A DNA stretch of 39,908 bases from Verrucomicrobiales bacterium (GCA_046075565.1 JBJTQJ010000106.1:1-39908); one strand, 5' to 3'. Counted from the stretch's first letter, positions 1 to 9,595 are shown. The notes: generated by a model not told the origin, from the sequence alone. Translations and numbers: made by a program.

Positions 1-58
1 GCCGACGTCCTCGTCGGCACAGCCACGGAGATGCCGACGAGGACGTCGGCGATCCCGG
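1..58. repeat. REP doublet (inverted pair of GCCGACG-TCCT-CGTCGGC hairpins), truncated by the window edge
   Basis: gccgacgtcctcgtcggc at 1-18 and its exact reverse complement at 33-50, followed by gatcccgg; extragenic, downstream of panE. Confidence 0.75.
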
Positions 59-93
59 CACAGCGTGTATTCAACATCTTCCCTCGGAGGTCA

Positions 94-1026
94 TCAAGTT
101 CTCACCCGCTTCTCAATCTCCCCGAGCAGTTTTCCCAACTCCGGCATGGCCAATCCGGCGGCGCGGGCGCGGCGCAGCGGTTCACCCCAGATGGCATCGA
201 GTTCGATGGGGCGGCCATCAAGATAATCAATGAGTGTCGATGGGCGGTAGGGTCCCATGGCGCGGGTAACTTGGAATTGTTGTTCAATCAAATTTTCCGG
301 CATCGGGTAACCGAAGACCGCTGCCGCTTCGATCACCTCGGTCATGAGCGCGCGCACGCGGGCCTCGCCTTCCGGCGTGGAAAGGATGACGGCACAATCG
401 ACACCCCCCATGGCGACCGCGAGGCCATTGAAGGGAATATTCCAGACGAGTTTGCGCCATTGGGTGGCGGCGAGTTCATCCACGACCCGGGCGGGCACAC
501 CGGAGGCCTTGAAGGCAGCCGCCACATCAACCAATCTTTGGTTGGCGGGCCTGCCATGATTGCCCAAGCTCACATGTCCTTCGCCGAGATGATGGATCAC
601 CCCGTCGTCGGAGCGGTTGATGCAGACAAAACACAATCCGCCCATCACACGTTCGGATCCGAACTTCGCGGCTAACAAATCATTATTACCCAATCCATTC
701 TGCAAGGTCAGCAATCGCGTGTTCGGACCGAGCAAGGGTGGGATGAGTCGATCCACGGCCTCGTTGGCGGTTGCCTTGAGCGCGATGATCACCAAATCAC
801 AGGGCCCGATTTCTTCCGGACTGGCCGCCGCTGCCACGGGATGAATGGTGAAATCGCCGGCCACGCTGCGCACGCGCAATCCGTGTTGACGCCAGATTTC
901 CAGATCCCGCCGCACGAGAAACCGCACATCCGCGCCCGCCGCCGCCAGTCGTCCACCATAGTAGGCCCCGACGGACCCCGCGCCCACGACCGCCACCCGT
1001 CCGATGGATAAAAGCGCCTCGTTCAT
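94..1026 (-). CDS. panE: 2-dehydropantoate 2-reductase (ketopantoate reductase, ApbA/PanE family)
   Basis: GAGSVG Rossmann motif, LQNGLG, WRKLVWNIPFN (catalytic Lys), STLIDY...IELDAI (catalytic Glu). Confidence 0.9.
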   Translation of the reverse strand: MNEALLSIGRVAVVGAGSVGAYYGGRLAAAGADVRFLVRRDLEIWRQHGLRVRSVAGDFTIHPVAAAASPEEIGPCDLVIIALKATANEAVDRLIPPLLGPNTRLLTLQNGLGNNDLLAAKFGSERVMGGLCFVCINRSDDGVIHHLGEGHVSLGNHGRPANQRLVDVAAAFKASGVPARVVDELAATQWRKLVWNIPFNGLAVAMGGVDCAVILSTPEGEARVRALMTEVIEAAAVFGYPMPENLIEQQFQVTRAMGPYRPSTLIDYLDGRPIELDAIWGEPLRRARAAGLAMPELGKLLGEIEKRVRT

Positions 1027-1027
1027 T

Positions 1028-1699
1028 TCATTTTTCCGCCACGTAAACCGACGCGATACCGCCGCTCAAGGGACGAGTCCGCGCCGCCGAAAATCCATGG
1101 CCGGTGAGTAACGTCTCCATGGCCGGGCCGGACGGAAAGCGTTCGATCGAACCCCCGAGATACTCGTAGGCATCCCTCTCTCCGGTAAGCCAGCCCGCGA
1201 GACGCGGCAGGACCTTGTGCAGGTAAAACCGGTAGGGCCGATTGAGAATCCCCCGCGGAAGGGAAAAATCGAGCACCACCAACCGCCCGCCGGGACGGAG
1301 GACGCGCGCCATCTCCGCAACCGCATCCGGCCACGAAGCCATGTTGCGCAGGCCGAATCCGACGGTGAGGGCATCGAAGACTCCGTCGGCGAAAGGCAAA
1401 CGCATGCCGTCGGCGGCCACCAGTCCGGGAAGTCCGCGTTTTTTCGCCTCCCCGAGCATGGGCAGGCAGAAATCCGCCCCGATCACCCTGGCCTCCGGGC
1501 AGGCCTTCCGCACCGATTCCATCAAGTCTCCCGAGCCAGTCGCCAAATCCAACACCCTCGCCGGCGCGCCCGCCCGCACTTCCCGGGCTACCAGCCTCCG
1601 CCAGAGTGTATCAATGCCGAGGCTCAGCACATGGTTCGCCAGCACGTAGCGCCGGGCGATACGCGCGAAGGCCGAACGGACATATCCGGGATCCTGCAT
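1028..1699 (-). CDS. menG: UbiE/MenG demethylmenaquinone methyltransferase
   Basis: FARIARRY..ANHVLSLGID.LWR, VLDLATGSGD SAM motif, GFGLRN, AYEYLGGSI; start moved to ATG 1699 (ORF track gives GTG 1714). Confidence 0.88.
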   Translation of the reverse strand: MQDPGYVRSAFARIARRYVLANHVLSLGIDTLWRRLVAREVRAGAPARVLDLATGSGDLMESVRKACPEARVIGADFCLPMLGEAKKRGLPGLVAADGMRLPFADGVFDALTVGFGLRNMASWPDAVAEMARVLRPGGRLVVLDFSLPRGILNRPYRFYLHKVLPRLAGWLTGERDAYEYLGGSIERFPSGPAMETLLTGHGFSAARTRPLSGGIASVYVAEK

Positions 1700-1757
1700 G
1701 CCATCCCGTGCCACGGACCAGGCCCGTCGTCAAGCCCCGGCCGCTCTCACGTCCCCC

Positions 1758-1786
1758 TTGCGCCGGGGAGCGGTAGCACCTATTTT
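1758..1786 (+). promoter_or_regulatory. putative sigma70 promoter for plsX-fabH
   Basis: TTGCGC-N17-TATTTT ending 21 nt before the plsX ATG. Confidence 0.4.
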
Positions 1787-1807
1787 CGACCTTGCCCGAT
1801 TTTCCCA

Positions 1808-2830
1808 ATGAATATCGTCGTTGATGGCATGGGTGGCGACCACGCGCCCAAGGTTGTGGTTGAAGGCTCCAGATTCGCCTTGGAGCAATATCCCGCCATT
1901 GCCAAAATCATCCTCACTGGCGACGAATCCCGGCTGAAAAAGGAAATGGACGCCTGCGGGCTGCGTGGTCCGAGGGTCGAAATCCTCCATGCCCCCAGCG
2001 TTGTGGAGATGCACGAGTCCTCGACCGCCGCCGTGCGCGGAAAAAAGGACAGCTCGATCACCCTCGCGGCCGATTTGGTGAAAAAAGGAGGGGCCGATGC
2101 CCTCGTTTCCGCGGGACACACCGGGGCAGCCGTCGCCGCCACCACCGTGAAGTGGCGCATGTTGCCGGGGGTGGATCGACCCGGCATCATTTCTCCTCTT
2201 CCGGCCGAACACGGGGTCACGCAAATCCTCGATGCCGGGGCCAATGTCGAGGCCAAACCCCGCCACCTCGTGCAATACGCCATCATGGGCAGTGTCTATG
2301 CCCGCGCGGTTTGCGGAATCGCCAATCCCAAGGTCGGGCTCATGTCCGTGGGCGAGGAAGATGAAAAGGGCACCGATTTCACCCGCGAAGTCTTCGCCAT
2401 GCTCAAGGGCACTCCCGGTGTGAACTTCGTCGGCAACATCGAGGGCCATCACCTCTTCGAAGGTGGCATCGACATCGTCGTCTGTGACGGCTTCACCGGC
2501 AATGTCGTGCTCAAAACCGCCGAAGCTACTGCCAAGGTGATGACCAAATGGATCCGCCACGAGATGAAGGCCAACCCGTTGCGTATGCTCGGCGCCGTGA
2601 TGGCCAAATCCGCCTTCAAGGCCGTGAAGGCCCGCGGCAGCTACGAAACCTATGGTGGCAGTCCGTTGTTAGGCGTGCGCGGACTTTGTATCATCGGCCA
2701 TGGATCTTCATCTGCCGTTGCCGTGAAAAACGCCATCCGCGTCGGCATGGAAGCCGTGCAATCGCAGGTGAACAACCGCATCGAGGAGGCGCTCGCCGCC
2801 CTGCAACCGGAACCCCCGTCCTCGCTCTGA
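1808..2830 (+). CDS. plsX: phosphate acyltransferase PlsX
   Basis: MNIVVDGMGGDHAP N-terminus, SAGHTGA, LDAGAN, FVGNIEG, VVCDGFTGNVVLK; true start is internal to ORF 1217..2830. Confidence 0.95.
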   Translation: MNIVVDGMGGDHAPKVVVEGSRFALEQYPAIAKIILTGDESRLKKEMDACGLRGPRVEILHAPSVVEMHESSTAAVRGKKDSSITLAADLVKKGGADALVSAGHTGAAVAATTVKWRMLPGVDRPGIISPLPAEHGVTQILDAGANVEAKPRHLVQYAIMGSVYARAVCGIANPKVGLMSVGEEDEKGTDFTREVFAMLKGTPGVNFVGNIEGHHLFEGGIDIVVCDGFTGNVVLKTAEATAKVMTKWIRHEMKANPLRMLGAVMAKSAFKAVKARGSYETYGGSPLLGVRGLCIIGHGSSSAVAVKNAIRVGMEAVQSQVNNRIEEALAALQPEPPSSL

Positions 2831-2849
2831 ATCTTTCCGATCTTTTCCC

Positions 2850-3857
2850 ATGAGGCTCACGCATCCGCATCCCGTCCAGATCGCCGGCACCGGCTCCTAC
2901 CTGCCGGAGAAAAAACTCACCAACGCCGATCTGGAGAAAATGGTCGATACCACCGACGAGTGGATCGTCACCCGCACCGGCATTCGCGAGCGCCGCATCG
3001 CCTCCAACCGCCAGAGCACATCCGACCTCGCCGCCGAGGCCGCCCGCGCCGCCCTCAAGGATGCCGGACTGAAAGCCGAGGAACTGGATCTCATCATCGT
3101 GGCCACTGTCACACCCGATATGGCTTTCCCCGCCACTGCCTGTTATGTGCAGCAGAAACTCGGGGCCAGCAAAGCCGTCGCCTTTGACATCTCCGCCGCC
3201 TGTTCCGGTTTTCTCTATGCCATGGATTTGGCGGCTGGTCAGATCGGCGTGGGAGCCATTCGCAATGCTCTGATCATCGGCGCGGAAAAACTGACCTCCA
3301 TCATCAACTGGAAAGACCGCAACACCTGTGTGCTTTTCGGCGATGGCGCGGGCGCGGCCATCCTCACGCGCGCCACGGATAAGAGCGGACAGATCCTCTC
3401 CATCACCAAGGGCACCGATGGCAACCAGACCGGCATCCTCAAGGTGCCCGGCTCCGGCACCGCGGTTGAAGCCGACGATTTGGTCGAGCCAATTCAGGGA
3501 TCGGTTTTCGGCACCATCTACATGGCCGGACGCGAGGTTTACAAACACGCCGTCACCGCCATGAAGGAATCGGCCGTCAAGGTCATCGAAGATGCCGGAC
3601 TCCAACCATCGGATATCGCGATGATTGTGCCCCATCAGGCCAATCTCCGCATCATCGATGCCATCCGCGAACGTCTCGAACTCCCGCCCGAACGCGTCTT
3701 CATCAACCTGCATAAATACGGTAACACCTCCGCCGCTGCCGTCGCCATCGCCCTCGACGAAGCCCAGCGAACCAAGGCCATCAAACACGGTGATCACATC
3801 GTCATGGTCGCCTTCGGGGCCGGACTCACCTGGGCGGCCGCTTGTGTGAAGTGGTAG
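2850..3857 (+). CDS. fabH: beta-ketoacyl-ACP synthase III
   Basis: AACSGF (Cys), PHQANLRI (His), YGNTSAA (Asn) catalytic triad; directly follows plsX. Confidence 0.96.
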   Translation: MRLTHPHPVQIAGTGSYLPEKKLTNADLEKMVDTTDEWIVTRTGIRERRIASNRQSTSDLAAEAARAALKDAGLKAEELDLIIVATVTPDMAFPATACYVQQKLGASKAVAFDISAACSGFLYAMDLAAGQIGVGAIRNALIIGAEKLTSIINWKDRNTCVLFGDGAGAAILTRATDKSGQILSITKGTDGNQTGILKVPGSGTAVEADDLVEPIQGSVFGTIYMAGREVYKHAVTAMKESAVKVIEDAGLQPSDIAMIVPHQANLRIIDAIRERLELPPERVFINLHKYGNTSAAAVAIALDEAQRTKAIKHGDHIVMVAFGAGLTWAAACVKW

Positions 3858-3877
3858 ACAAGAAGACCGCTTCGCTC

Positions 3878-3897
3878 CAAGACGCAAGACACAAGAC
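3878..3897 (+). repeat. short heptamer tandem repeat (CAAGACN x3)
   Basis: caagacg-caagaca-caagac just downstream of the fabH stop. Confidence 0.5.
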
Positions 3898-3939
3898 TCG
3901 AAGCCGGCGGATCGCAGTGCGCTGTGTCCCAAGAGCAAC

Positions 3940-4395
3940 ATGCATCTGGCGAATCTCATCTTTCCGGCTCCCGCTCTTGTCTATGCATTGGGATTATTCA
4001 CGCCGTTTGCGATTGTCGCTGCTCTGGCGGTGGAGTGGTTTGTCTTCAAAACACGGGAGGGGGCGAAGCAAGGGATTGCGTCGATTTTACTGGTCTTCCA
4101 CTTGAACTTCTGGTCCACCTTCGTCGGCCTCTTCGTCGCGACAAGATTCCCGCCCAGTCTGGAAACATCAACCACGTCGCCGGGCATCCGTGATCAACTC
4201 ACTCGCTCGCCCGAATATGGGATATGGGCCATTGCCGGAGTCGCCATCGCTTACGTTCTCAGCATCGCCATCGAATACGGGGCGCTCCGCGTCTTCTATC
4301 GCGATGTGGATTGGAACTCGCCGTTCAAGACGGTCTTGATCGCCAATTCCATCAGCTATCCGGTTTACATTGGCCTGGCGTTGTTCTTCGCTTGA
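3940..4395 (+). CDS. hypothetical integral membrane protein (about 4 TM segments)
   Basis: 151 aa with four hydrophobic stretches; fills the gap between fabH and uxaE; no family recognised. Confidence 0.65.
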   Translation: MHLANLIFPAPALVYALGLFTPFAIVAALAVEWFVFKTREGAKQGIASILLVFHLNFWSTFVGLFVATRFPPSLETSTTSPGIRDQLTRSPEYGIWAIAGVAIAYVLSIAIEYGALRVFYRDVDWNSPFKTVLIANSISYPVYIGLALFFA

Positions 4396-4418
4396 TGGTT
4401 TACACGGCGTCTCGGCAT

Positions 4419-5663
4419 TCAGAGAAACAACGGTTTGATATGGCGTTCGAGGAGGTTCTCCGTCACGCAGCGGGAAACGATGTCCTTGTTATCCGCAAGG
4501 GCTTGCAGGTAGGTTTCGCCGAGCAAAGCGGCGATCTTGAATCCGACATGCAGGAGTTGCCGGACATTCGGGTCGTAGCCAGGATTGACCGGATCGTGGC
4601 GCAAGGCCGAGGTGAATTGTGAACTGCTCCACGATTGCACCGTTTCCGCCGAGGGCAGTTTGGAGAAGTCGATGTCGATCACCGTGGCATAGGGCTGGGA
4701 AAGCGCCTCTTTCTTCGCGAGGGCATGGGCATAGATTTCTTTGGCGAGATCGAGTCCGCTGCCGCCGGATTCGGCAAGGCCAATCACTTCCTCCAGCCAA
4801 TTCGTGCCGGCGGTTTTGATGTGCAATCCGGCACCGGTGCGGGCCAGCGCGCGTTTGATCGCGGGGTAGATGGAAAATTTATCCGAACCCGAGTGGACGG
4901 AAAGCTTCAAGGATTCCGGGAGTCCGTAGCTCTTGATGGCATAGGCAATGACCGCGAGGTCGTCGTTGAATTCCTTCTCGAATTGTTCCACTTCGCCGAC
5001 GTAATCCACGCCTTTGTTGAACCGCCCGGTGAATTTGGGCGCGATGGTCTGGATGGGGATGCCTTGGTCGGCGATGGCGGCGAGAATCACCAGCAATTCC
5101 GGCGGAGTCTGCGGGCGATTGGTTTCATCCATGGAAACCTCCGTGACAAAATCCGGACCTTTGGCAGCCACGATATGCGCGTAGATCGCCTTGGCCTTCT
5201 GCGTGGCTTTGAGGAACTGATTGGCGGTCTTTTCCACATCCTCGCGCGTGATCAGGAATGGCTCCGCAATGCCAGGGATGGAAGCTTTCCCGATTAATTC
5301 CGGATGGCGATCAATGAAGGCCGCGACATCCGCCGGGTCGGCGGCTTCACCGATGTCATCCGCGACATCGAGGGTAAAGAAATCGCAGGGCGCGATGAAG
5401 CGATCGACGGTCTTGAGATTGATGTGGTCGGCATCGAGCAAATACCCGCCCGTCCATCCGAGTTCCGCCACCGCTTGGTCGGCGGCGTCGCGGGTGGATT
5501 GCGGCTGGGAGCCTATGATGTCATGCTCGCGGTTGGATTTGTTCCAAACCGGGGTGATGTCGATGCCAAGTTGCCTGGCCGCGATGAAGGCCTGGAGTTG
5601 TGCGCGCGCGCCGCGGGTGAAACGATCGCCGACGCCGAAAGTGTATTTGGGGCAAAGTTTCAT
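4419..5663 (-). CDS. uxaE: tagaturonate/fructuronate epimerase (UxaE family)
   Basis: FGVGDRF, DADHI, EVSMDET, APKFTGRFNKGVDY, KLSVHSGSDKFSIY, HIKTAGTNWLE motifs. Confidence 0.9.
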   Translation of the reverse strand: MKLCPKYTFGVGDRFTRGARAQLQAFIAARQLGIDITPVWNKSNREHDIIGSQPQSTRDAADQAVAELGWTGGYLLDADHINLKTVDRFIAPCDFFTLDVADDIGEAADPADVAAFIDRHPELIGKASIPGIAEPFLITREDVEKTANQFLKATQKAKAIYAHIVAAKGPDFVTEVSMDETNRPQTPPELLVILAAIADQGIPIQTIAPKFTGRFNKGVDYVGEVEQFEKEFNDDLAVIAYAIKSYGLPESLKLSVHSGSDKFSIYPAIKRALARTGAGLHIKTAGTNWLEEVIGLAESGGSGLDLAKEIYAHALAKKEALSQPYATVIDIDFSKLPSAETVQSWSSSQFTSALRHDPVNPGYDPNVRQLLHVGFKIAALLGETYLQALADNKDIVSRCVTENLLERHIKPLFL

Positions 5664-5684
5664 AGAGATGAATACCGGGAGGTC

Positions 5685-5713
5685 ATTCTAGGGCGGATCT
5701 TTGTGTGCTGCCA
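5685..5713 (-). promoter_or_regulatory. putative sigma70 promoter of uxaE
   Basis: minus strand TGGCAG-N17-TAGAAT, 21 nt before the ATG. Confidence 0.35.
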
Positions 5714-5774
5714 CTGGAATGGGAGGTTTTGGCGAATCGGCTTGCCAATCGAAAGCGCATGCGTTCACCTGCTT

Positions 5775-5863
5775 TGTAGCGGCGTGTCTATGACCGCCGG
5801 CAACTCTTCCCCGAACGACGCTCGACTCCGGACCAAGTGCGACGGTCACAGACCGACGCTACA
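5775..5863. repeat. REP doublet (GTAG-type, TGTAGCGGCG...TGACCGCCG)
   Basis: tgtagcggcgtgtctatgaccgccg at 5775-5799; inverted copy at 5840-5863 (revcomp tgtagcgtcggtctgtgaccgtcg). Confidence 0.75.
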
Positions 5864-5959
5864 GATTTCCAGACGGGCTGCCGCCCGCCGCGCGGCGCAC
5901 GGACGCGACCTCTCGCACAAATGCCGAGTCCCGGCGGGCTCATTCCAATTCGCTTGAGG

Positions 5960-7003
5960 TCAGGCGTCTGAGACCTCGATCACGGCCTTGATGGCACCGA
6001 GATTCGGATCAGTGAATTGGGCGAATTTTTCCGGGACATCGTTAAAGCCAATGCGGTGGGTGATCCAGACATTCGTGTCGATCTTCCCGTGGCGGATCAG
6101 ATCGATAATGGCCGGGAAGTCCGAAGGCAGGGCATTCCGCGAGGCGAGCAAGGTGAGTTCCCGGCGGTGGAAAACCGGGGCGTGAGGGAAGCTGAGGTCG
6201 GCGGTCGTGATGCCGACATAAACCACCCGGCCGGTGAAGGCGGCGAATTCATAGCAGGTGGACATCGAACGCGGCGAACCGGTGGCGTCGATGATGACGT
6301 CCGCCATCTGGCCGCCGGTTACTTTTTCCAACTCGGCGAGATGGGAGCCATCTGCCTGGGCAAGGATGCCGGTCTGGATTCCCAGATGGTTGGCGCAGAA
6401 GTCGAGACGGCCCTGCACCATGTCCATGACAATGACCTTCACGCCTTCCATGAGTTTGAGAAACTCGAGGCAAGCGAGGCCGATGGGCCCCGCGCCGATG
6501 ACAAGCACGGTTTCACCCGCTTTCGGATTGCCGCGTTGCACGGCATGGTAGCCGATGGCCAAAGTTTCAACCAATGCGAGTTGGTCGTAGCTAAGGTCGT
6601 TGCCCGGATGCAGTTTGTGCGCAGGCACGAGGTAGGTTCCTTGGCGGAGACCGCCATTGGTGTGAACGCCAATGACCTTGACTCCGGGGCAGCAGTTCGA
6701 TGCGCCTTTTTTGGAAGTCGGTGTCTCCGGATCATTGAAATATGGCTCGAGCGAACATTTGTCGCCAGGCTTCACATTGGTCACGCCTTCACCAACTGCA
6801 ACGACTTCCACACCGAGTTCGTGTCCCGGTGTGCGCGGGTAGGCGAAGAAAGGAAACTTTCCGAGATAACAGGAGAGGTCGGTTCCACAGATGCCCATGC
6901 GATGGGTGCGAATTTCGGCTTCACCGGGGCCGGGTGAGGTTTCGTCCGGGCGGTCGATGACGGTGATTTTTTTCGGTTCGGTGAATTCGATGGCGGCGGG
7001 CAT
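5960..7003 (-). CDS. Zn-dependent medium-chain dehydrogenase, L-galactonate 5-dehydrogenase (LgoD/YjjN)-like
   Basis: GICGTD, PGHELG, VIGAGPIG, ATGS..SM, RELTLLASRNA...DF C-terminal signature. Confidence 0.85.
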   Translation of the reverse strand: MPAAIEFTEPKKITVIDRPDETSPGPGEAEIRTHRMGICGTDLSCYLGKFPFFAYPRTPGHELGVEVVAVGEGVTNVKPGDKCSLEPYFNDPETPTSKKGASNCCPGVKVIGVHTNGGLRQGTYLVPAHKLHPGNDLSYDQLALVETLAIGYHAVQRGNPKAGETVLVIGAGPIGLACLEFLKLMEGVKVIVMDMVQGRLDFCANHLGIQTGILAQADGSHLAELEKVTGGQMADVIIDATGSPRSMSTCYEFAAFTGRVVYVGITTADLSFPHAPVFHRRELTLLASRNALPSDFPAIIDLIRHGKIDTNVWITHRIGFNDVPEKFAQFTDPNLGAIKAVIEVSDA

Positions 7004-7015
7004 GGTCGTGAATGG

Positions 7016-7957
7016 TCAGTTGTTTTCGGGAAGACCTTCCTTGTGGCCGATATCTTTCACGGGCTCGAAAATGGCGAGCACTTCCGCAAGCAGGGCGCGG
7101 TCAATCGGCTTGGCAAGCCACTCCACCCACTTGGCGATGTTGGCGGGATTGGCCGAACCAGCGACGGTGGTGGCAATGCCGGGATGTTCACAGGAAAACT
7201 GTAGGGCGAGTTGTGCGATATCGACACCGTTCTCGGCGCAGAGTTTGGCAGCGGCGCGGGCGGCCGTGCGCACGTTTTCCGGTTCCTTGAGCCAACCGGG
7301 CAGTTCGGCATTTGTCAACAGGCGAGCGGAGAACGGGCCGGCATTCATGGCTCCGATGCCCTTGGCTTCCAATCTAGGAAGCAGCTGGGTGGCGAACGAT
7401 GTGTTCTGCAAGGTGTAGCGGTTGTAGGAGAGCACGCAGTCGATATCATCCTCGATGTGATCGAGCACCGTGTCGAAGGTCTTGAGCGGATAACAGGAGA
7501 AGCCGACGGCGCGCGTTTTGCCCTGTTGTTTGAGTTTGAGCAGCGCGGGCAGGGTTTCCGTCCAGATTTGTTCCAGCGGGACGAATTCGACATCGTGCAG
7601 AAGCATGATGTCGAGGTGGTCGGTTTTGAGCCTTTGCAGGGAAATGTGGCACGATTCTTCCACGCGTTTGGCGGAGAAGTCGAAATGGATGTCCGAATAG
7701 CGACCGAGTTTCGTGCCGAGCAAATAGGAATCGCGGGGAACACCCTTGAGGCCGAGACCGAGCATGATCTCCGACATGCCACGTCCATAGAATGGTGACG
7801 TGTCGATGAAGTTCATCCCGAGATCGAGAGCCGTTTTGGTCGAGAGCATCGCTTCCTCCAGCGTGATGGAGCGGAACTCCGCGCCGAGAGAAGAAGCACC
7901 GAACGAAAGGATGGGCAAGTGGAGGTCGGTCTTGCCGAGTTGGCGGGTCGGGATCAT
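7016..7957 (-). CDS. aldo/keto reductase, L-galactose dehydrogenase-like
   Basis: DTSPFYG.G.SE, GTKLGRY, FDFSA.RV..S...SL.RL, LHDVEF. Confidence 0.85.
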   Translation of the reverse strand: MIPTRQLGKTDLHLPILSFGASSLGAEFRSITLEEAMLSTKTALDLGMNFIDTSPFYGRGMSEIMLGLGLKGVPRDSYLLGTKLGRYSDIHFDFSAKRVEESCHISLQRLKTDHLDIMLLHDVEFVPLEQIWTETLPALLKLKQQGKTRAVGFSCYPLKTFDTVLDHIEDDIDCVLSYNRYTLQNTSFATQLLPRLEAKGIGAMNAGPFSARLLTNAELPGWLKEPENVRTAARAAAKLCAENGVDIAQLALQFSCEHPGIATTVAGSANPANIAKWVEWLAKPIDRALLAEVLAIFEPVKDIGHKEGLPENN

Positions 7958-8763
7958 AAATGGCTATGGATGGATGATATGGTTTGCCGGGCCGCGGTGT
8001 CAGGATCCGGCAGGGGAAGGATTTCGGCGGAGAGGTAGCCAGTGTAGCCGCTTTCCCGCAACGCGGCCATGATCGGTTTCGGATCAGTGTGGCCGAAACC
8101 CATGGCCCGGCGGTTGGAATCCGCGTAATGAACGTGCCCGATATGACGCCCGGCTTCGCGGATGGCCGCGGATGGGTTCGTCTCCTCGATATTCATGTGG
8201 AAGAGGTCGGCGAGGAGGACGATGTTTTCGAGCGCGCGCGACTCGATGAACGCGGCTCCGTCGGCCAGGCGATTGATCAGATTGGTTTCGTAGCGGTTGA
8301 GCGGCTCGTAAATGAACGGCACGCCATATTTCGCGGCCATACCTCCGGTCTTGCGGAGCGCGTCGGCCAACCAGTCGAGGGCTTGGTCTCTCGATACTTC
8401 GCCACCCCATTTTCCCTGCATCGAACCGAGGATGGCGGGTGCTCCCAAGTGGCCGCCGAAATGGATCATACCTTCGATGAATTCAAGTGCGGCCACCCGT
8501 TTCTCCTCCGAAGGATCAGTTAGGGAAAGACCGTGCCGCAACATACCCGCCCCGGTGCCGACGGCGGCGATGCCGAGCCCGTGTTTTGCCGAGAGGGATT
8601 GGATCTCCTCGATCGTGATAGCCCCGGGGCCCGGAAGAAAAAGTTCGACGCTATCAAAACAGGCTTCTTTGGCGGCAGCGAATCCTTGCTCAAGCGGTTC
8701 GTGGAACACGAAGGGCCCGGCGGCCGCTTCGGGAACCCGGCATAAGGTGACAGCCGTGCGCAT
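7954..8763 (-). CDS. sugar phosphate isomerase/epimerase (xylose-isomerase-like TIM barrel), IolO/5-keto-L-gluconate epimerase-like
   Basis: EPLNRYETN, ADLFHMNIEE, HVHYADSNR..GFGH, GYLSAEI metal ligands; 4-bp overlap with the downstream gene. Confidence 0.85.
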   Translation of the reverse strand: MRTAVTLCRVPEAAAGPFVFHEPLEQGFAAAKEACFDSVELFLPGPGAITIEEIQSLSAKHGLGIAAVGTGAGMLRHGLSLTDPSEEKRVAALEFIEGMIHFGGHLGAPAILGSMQGKWGGEVSRDQALDWLADALRKTGGMAAKYGVPFIYEPLNRYETNLINRLADGAAFIESRALENIVLLADLFHMNIEETNPSAAIREAGRHIGHVHYADSNRRAMGFGHTDPKPIMAALRESGYTGYLSAEILPLPDPDTAARQTISSIHSHL

Positions 8764-9161
8764 CAGACGGATTCAACGATGATGTTGCCGTAAGGCGTGG
8801 TGTCGCCGGTGCGGATCAAACCGATGGCGTTCGGCACGAGCTTTTTGAAATCGAGATGGGCGGGTCGCTCGATGACCACGTTGGGGATTTCCTTGAATGA
8901 TTTGTTAAAGGCATTCACCGTCGCGCCGGGATTGCTGGTCAGGAATTCGTTGGCCTGGATCACCCGGCCGATCTTGAAATTCGGCTTCAATAGTTCGAGC
9001 ACCTGGAGCACCGTGGGCACGCCTTGGGTGAGGGAAATATCAACCGTCTCGATTTCCGGCCAATAGGGGAAGGCCCAGTCGGCGATCACCAGGGTGTTGG
9101 TGTGGCGGACCCGCGCGATGAGGCTGAGGATGTCGGGATTGAGAATTCCTTTCTGGAGCAT
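8763..9161 (-). CDS. RbsD/FucU family sugar mutarotase/pyranase
   Basis: MLQKGILNP, HTNTLVIAD, HLDFK, IRTGDTTPYGNIIVES; start at ATG 9161. Confidence 0.88.
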   Translation of the reverse strand: MLQKGILNPDILSLIARVRHTNTLVIADWAFPYWPEIETVDISLTQGVPTVLQVLELLKPNFKIGRVIQANEFLTSNPGATVNAFNKSFKEIPNVVIERPAHLDFKKLVPNAIGLIRTGDTTPYGNIIVESV

Positions 9162-9166
9162 GGCGG

Positions 9167-9196
9167 AGCATACTCCGAACCGCGGGTTCACTGCAA
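9167..9196 (-). promoter_or_regulatory. putative promoter giving a leaderless mRNA for the sugar operon
   Basis: minus strand TTGCAG-N18-TATGCT-N5-ATG. Confidence 0.5.
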
Positions 9197-9205
9197 GCGC
9201 GGAGC

Positions 9206-9595
9206 TTACCAAATTCTTGAGGCGCCCAGCCAGCCGAGTGGTTCGTCCGGCGAGAGCAGTGTGCTACCGGATTCGATGGAATGGGCGGCGATGAGTCTAT
9301 CGAAAGGATCCGCATGGCTTCCTGGCAAGGTGCCTGCCCGATAAATCACCGCCTCATCGAGTGGCAGATCCTCCAATTGGAAAAACGCCCGACGGGAGGG
9401 AATCCAGACGTCGGGTGCGAGCGGAAGAGGAAGTTTGCTTGCCCGGTGTTTCAGGACGATTTCCATGACACTGACCTGGCTCAACCGACGGACCGTGCGT
9501 GGATCATCCAATACCTGTTTTGCCGCGGTGGAAATTCGCGACGGATCCAAGGCCAGCCAGAGGAAGGTGCAGGTGTCGAGAAGAGCGTTCATCAC
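9206..9595 (-). CDS. vapC: type II TA toxin, VapC family PIN-domain ribonuclease
   Basis: LLDTCTFLW, SQVSVMEI, HADPFDRLIAA, LLSPD acidic PIN residues. Confidence 0.9.
   Translation of the reverse strand: MMNALLDTCTFLWLALDPSRISTAAKQVLDDPRTVRRLSQVSVMEIVLKHRASKLPLPLAPDVWIPSRRAFFQLEDLPLDEAVIYRAGTLPGSHADPFDRLIAAHSIESGSTLLSPDEPLGWLGASRIW

Noticed and set aside
1217-1807. 197-aa N-terminal extension of PlsX in the ORF track
   Set aside because: It is antisense to menG, and PlsX homology starts at MNIVVDGMGGD (1808)
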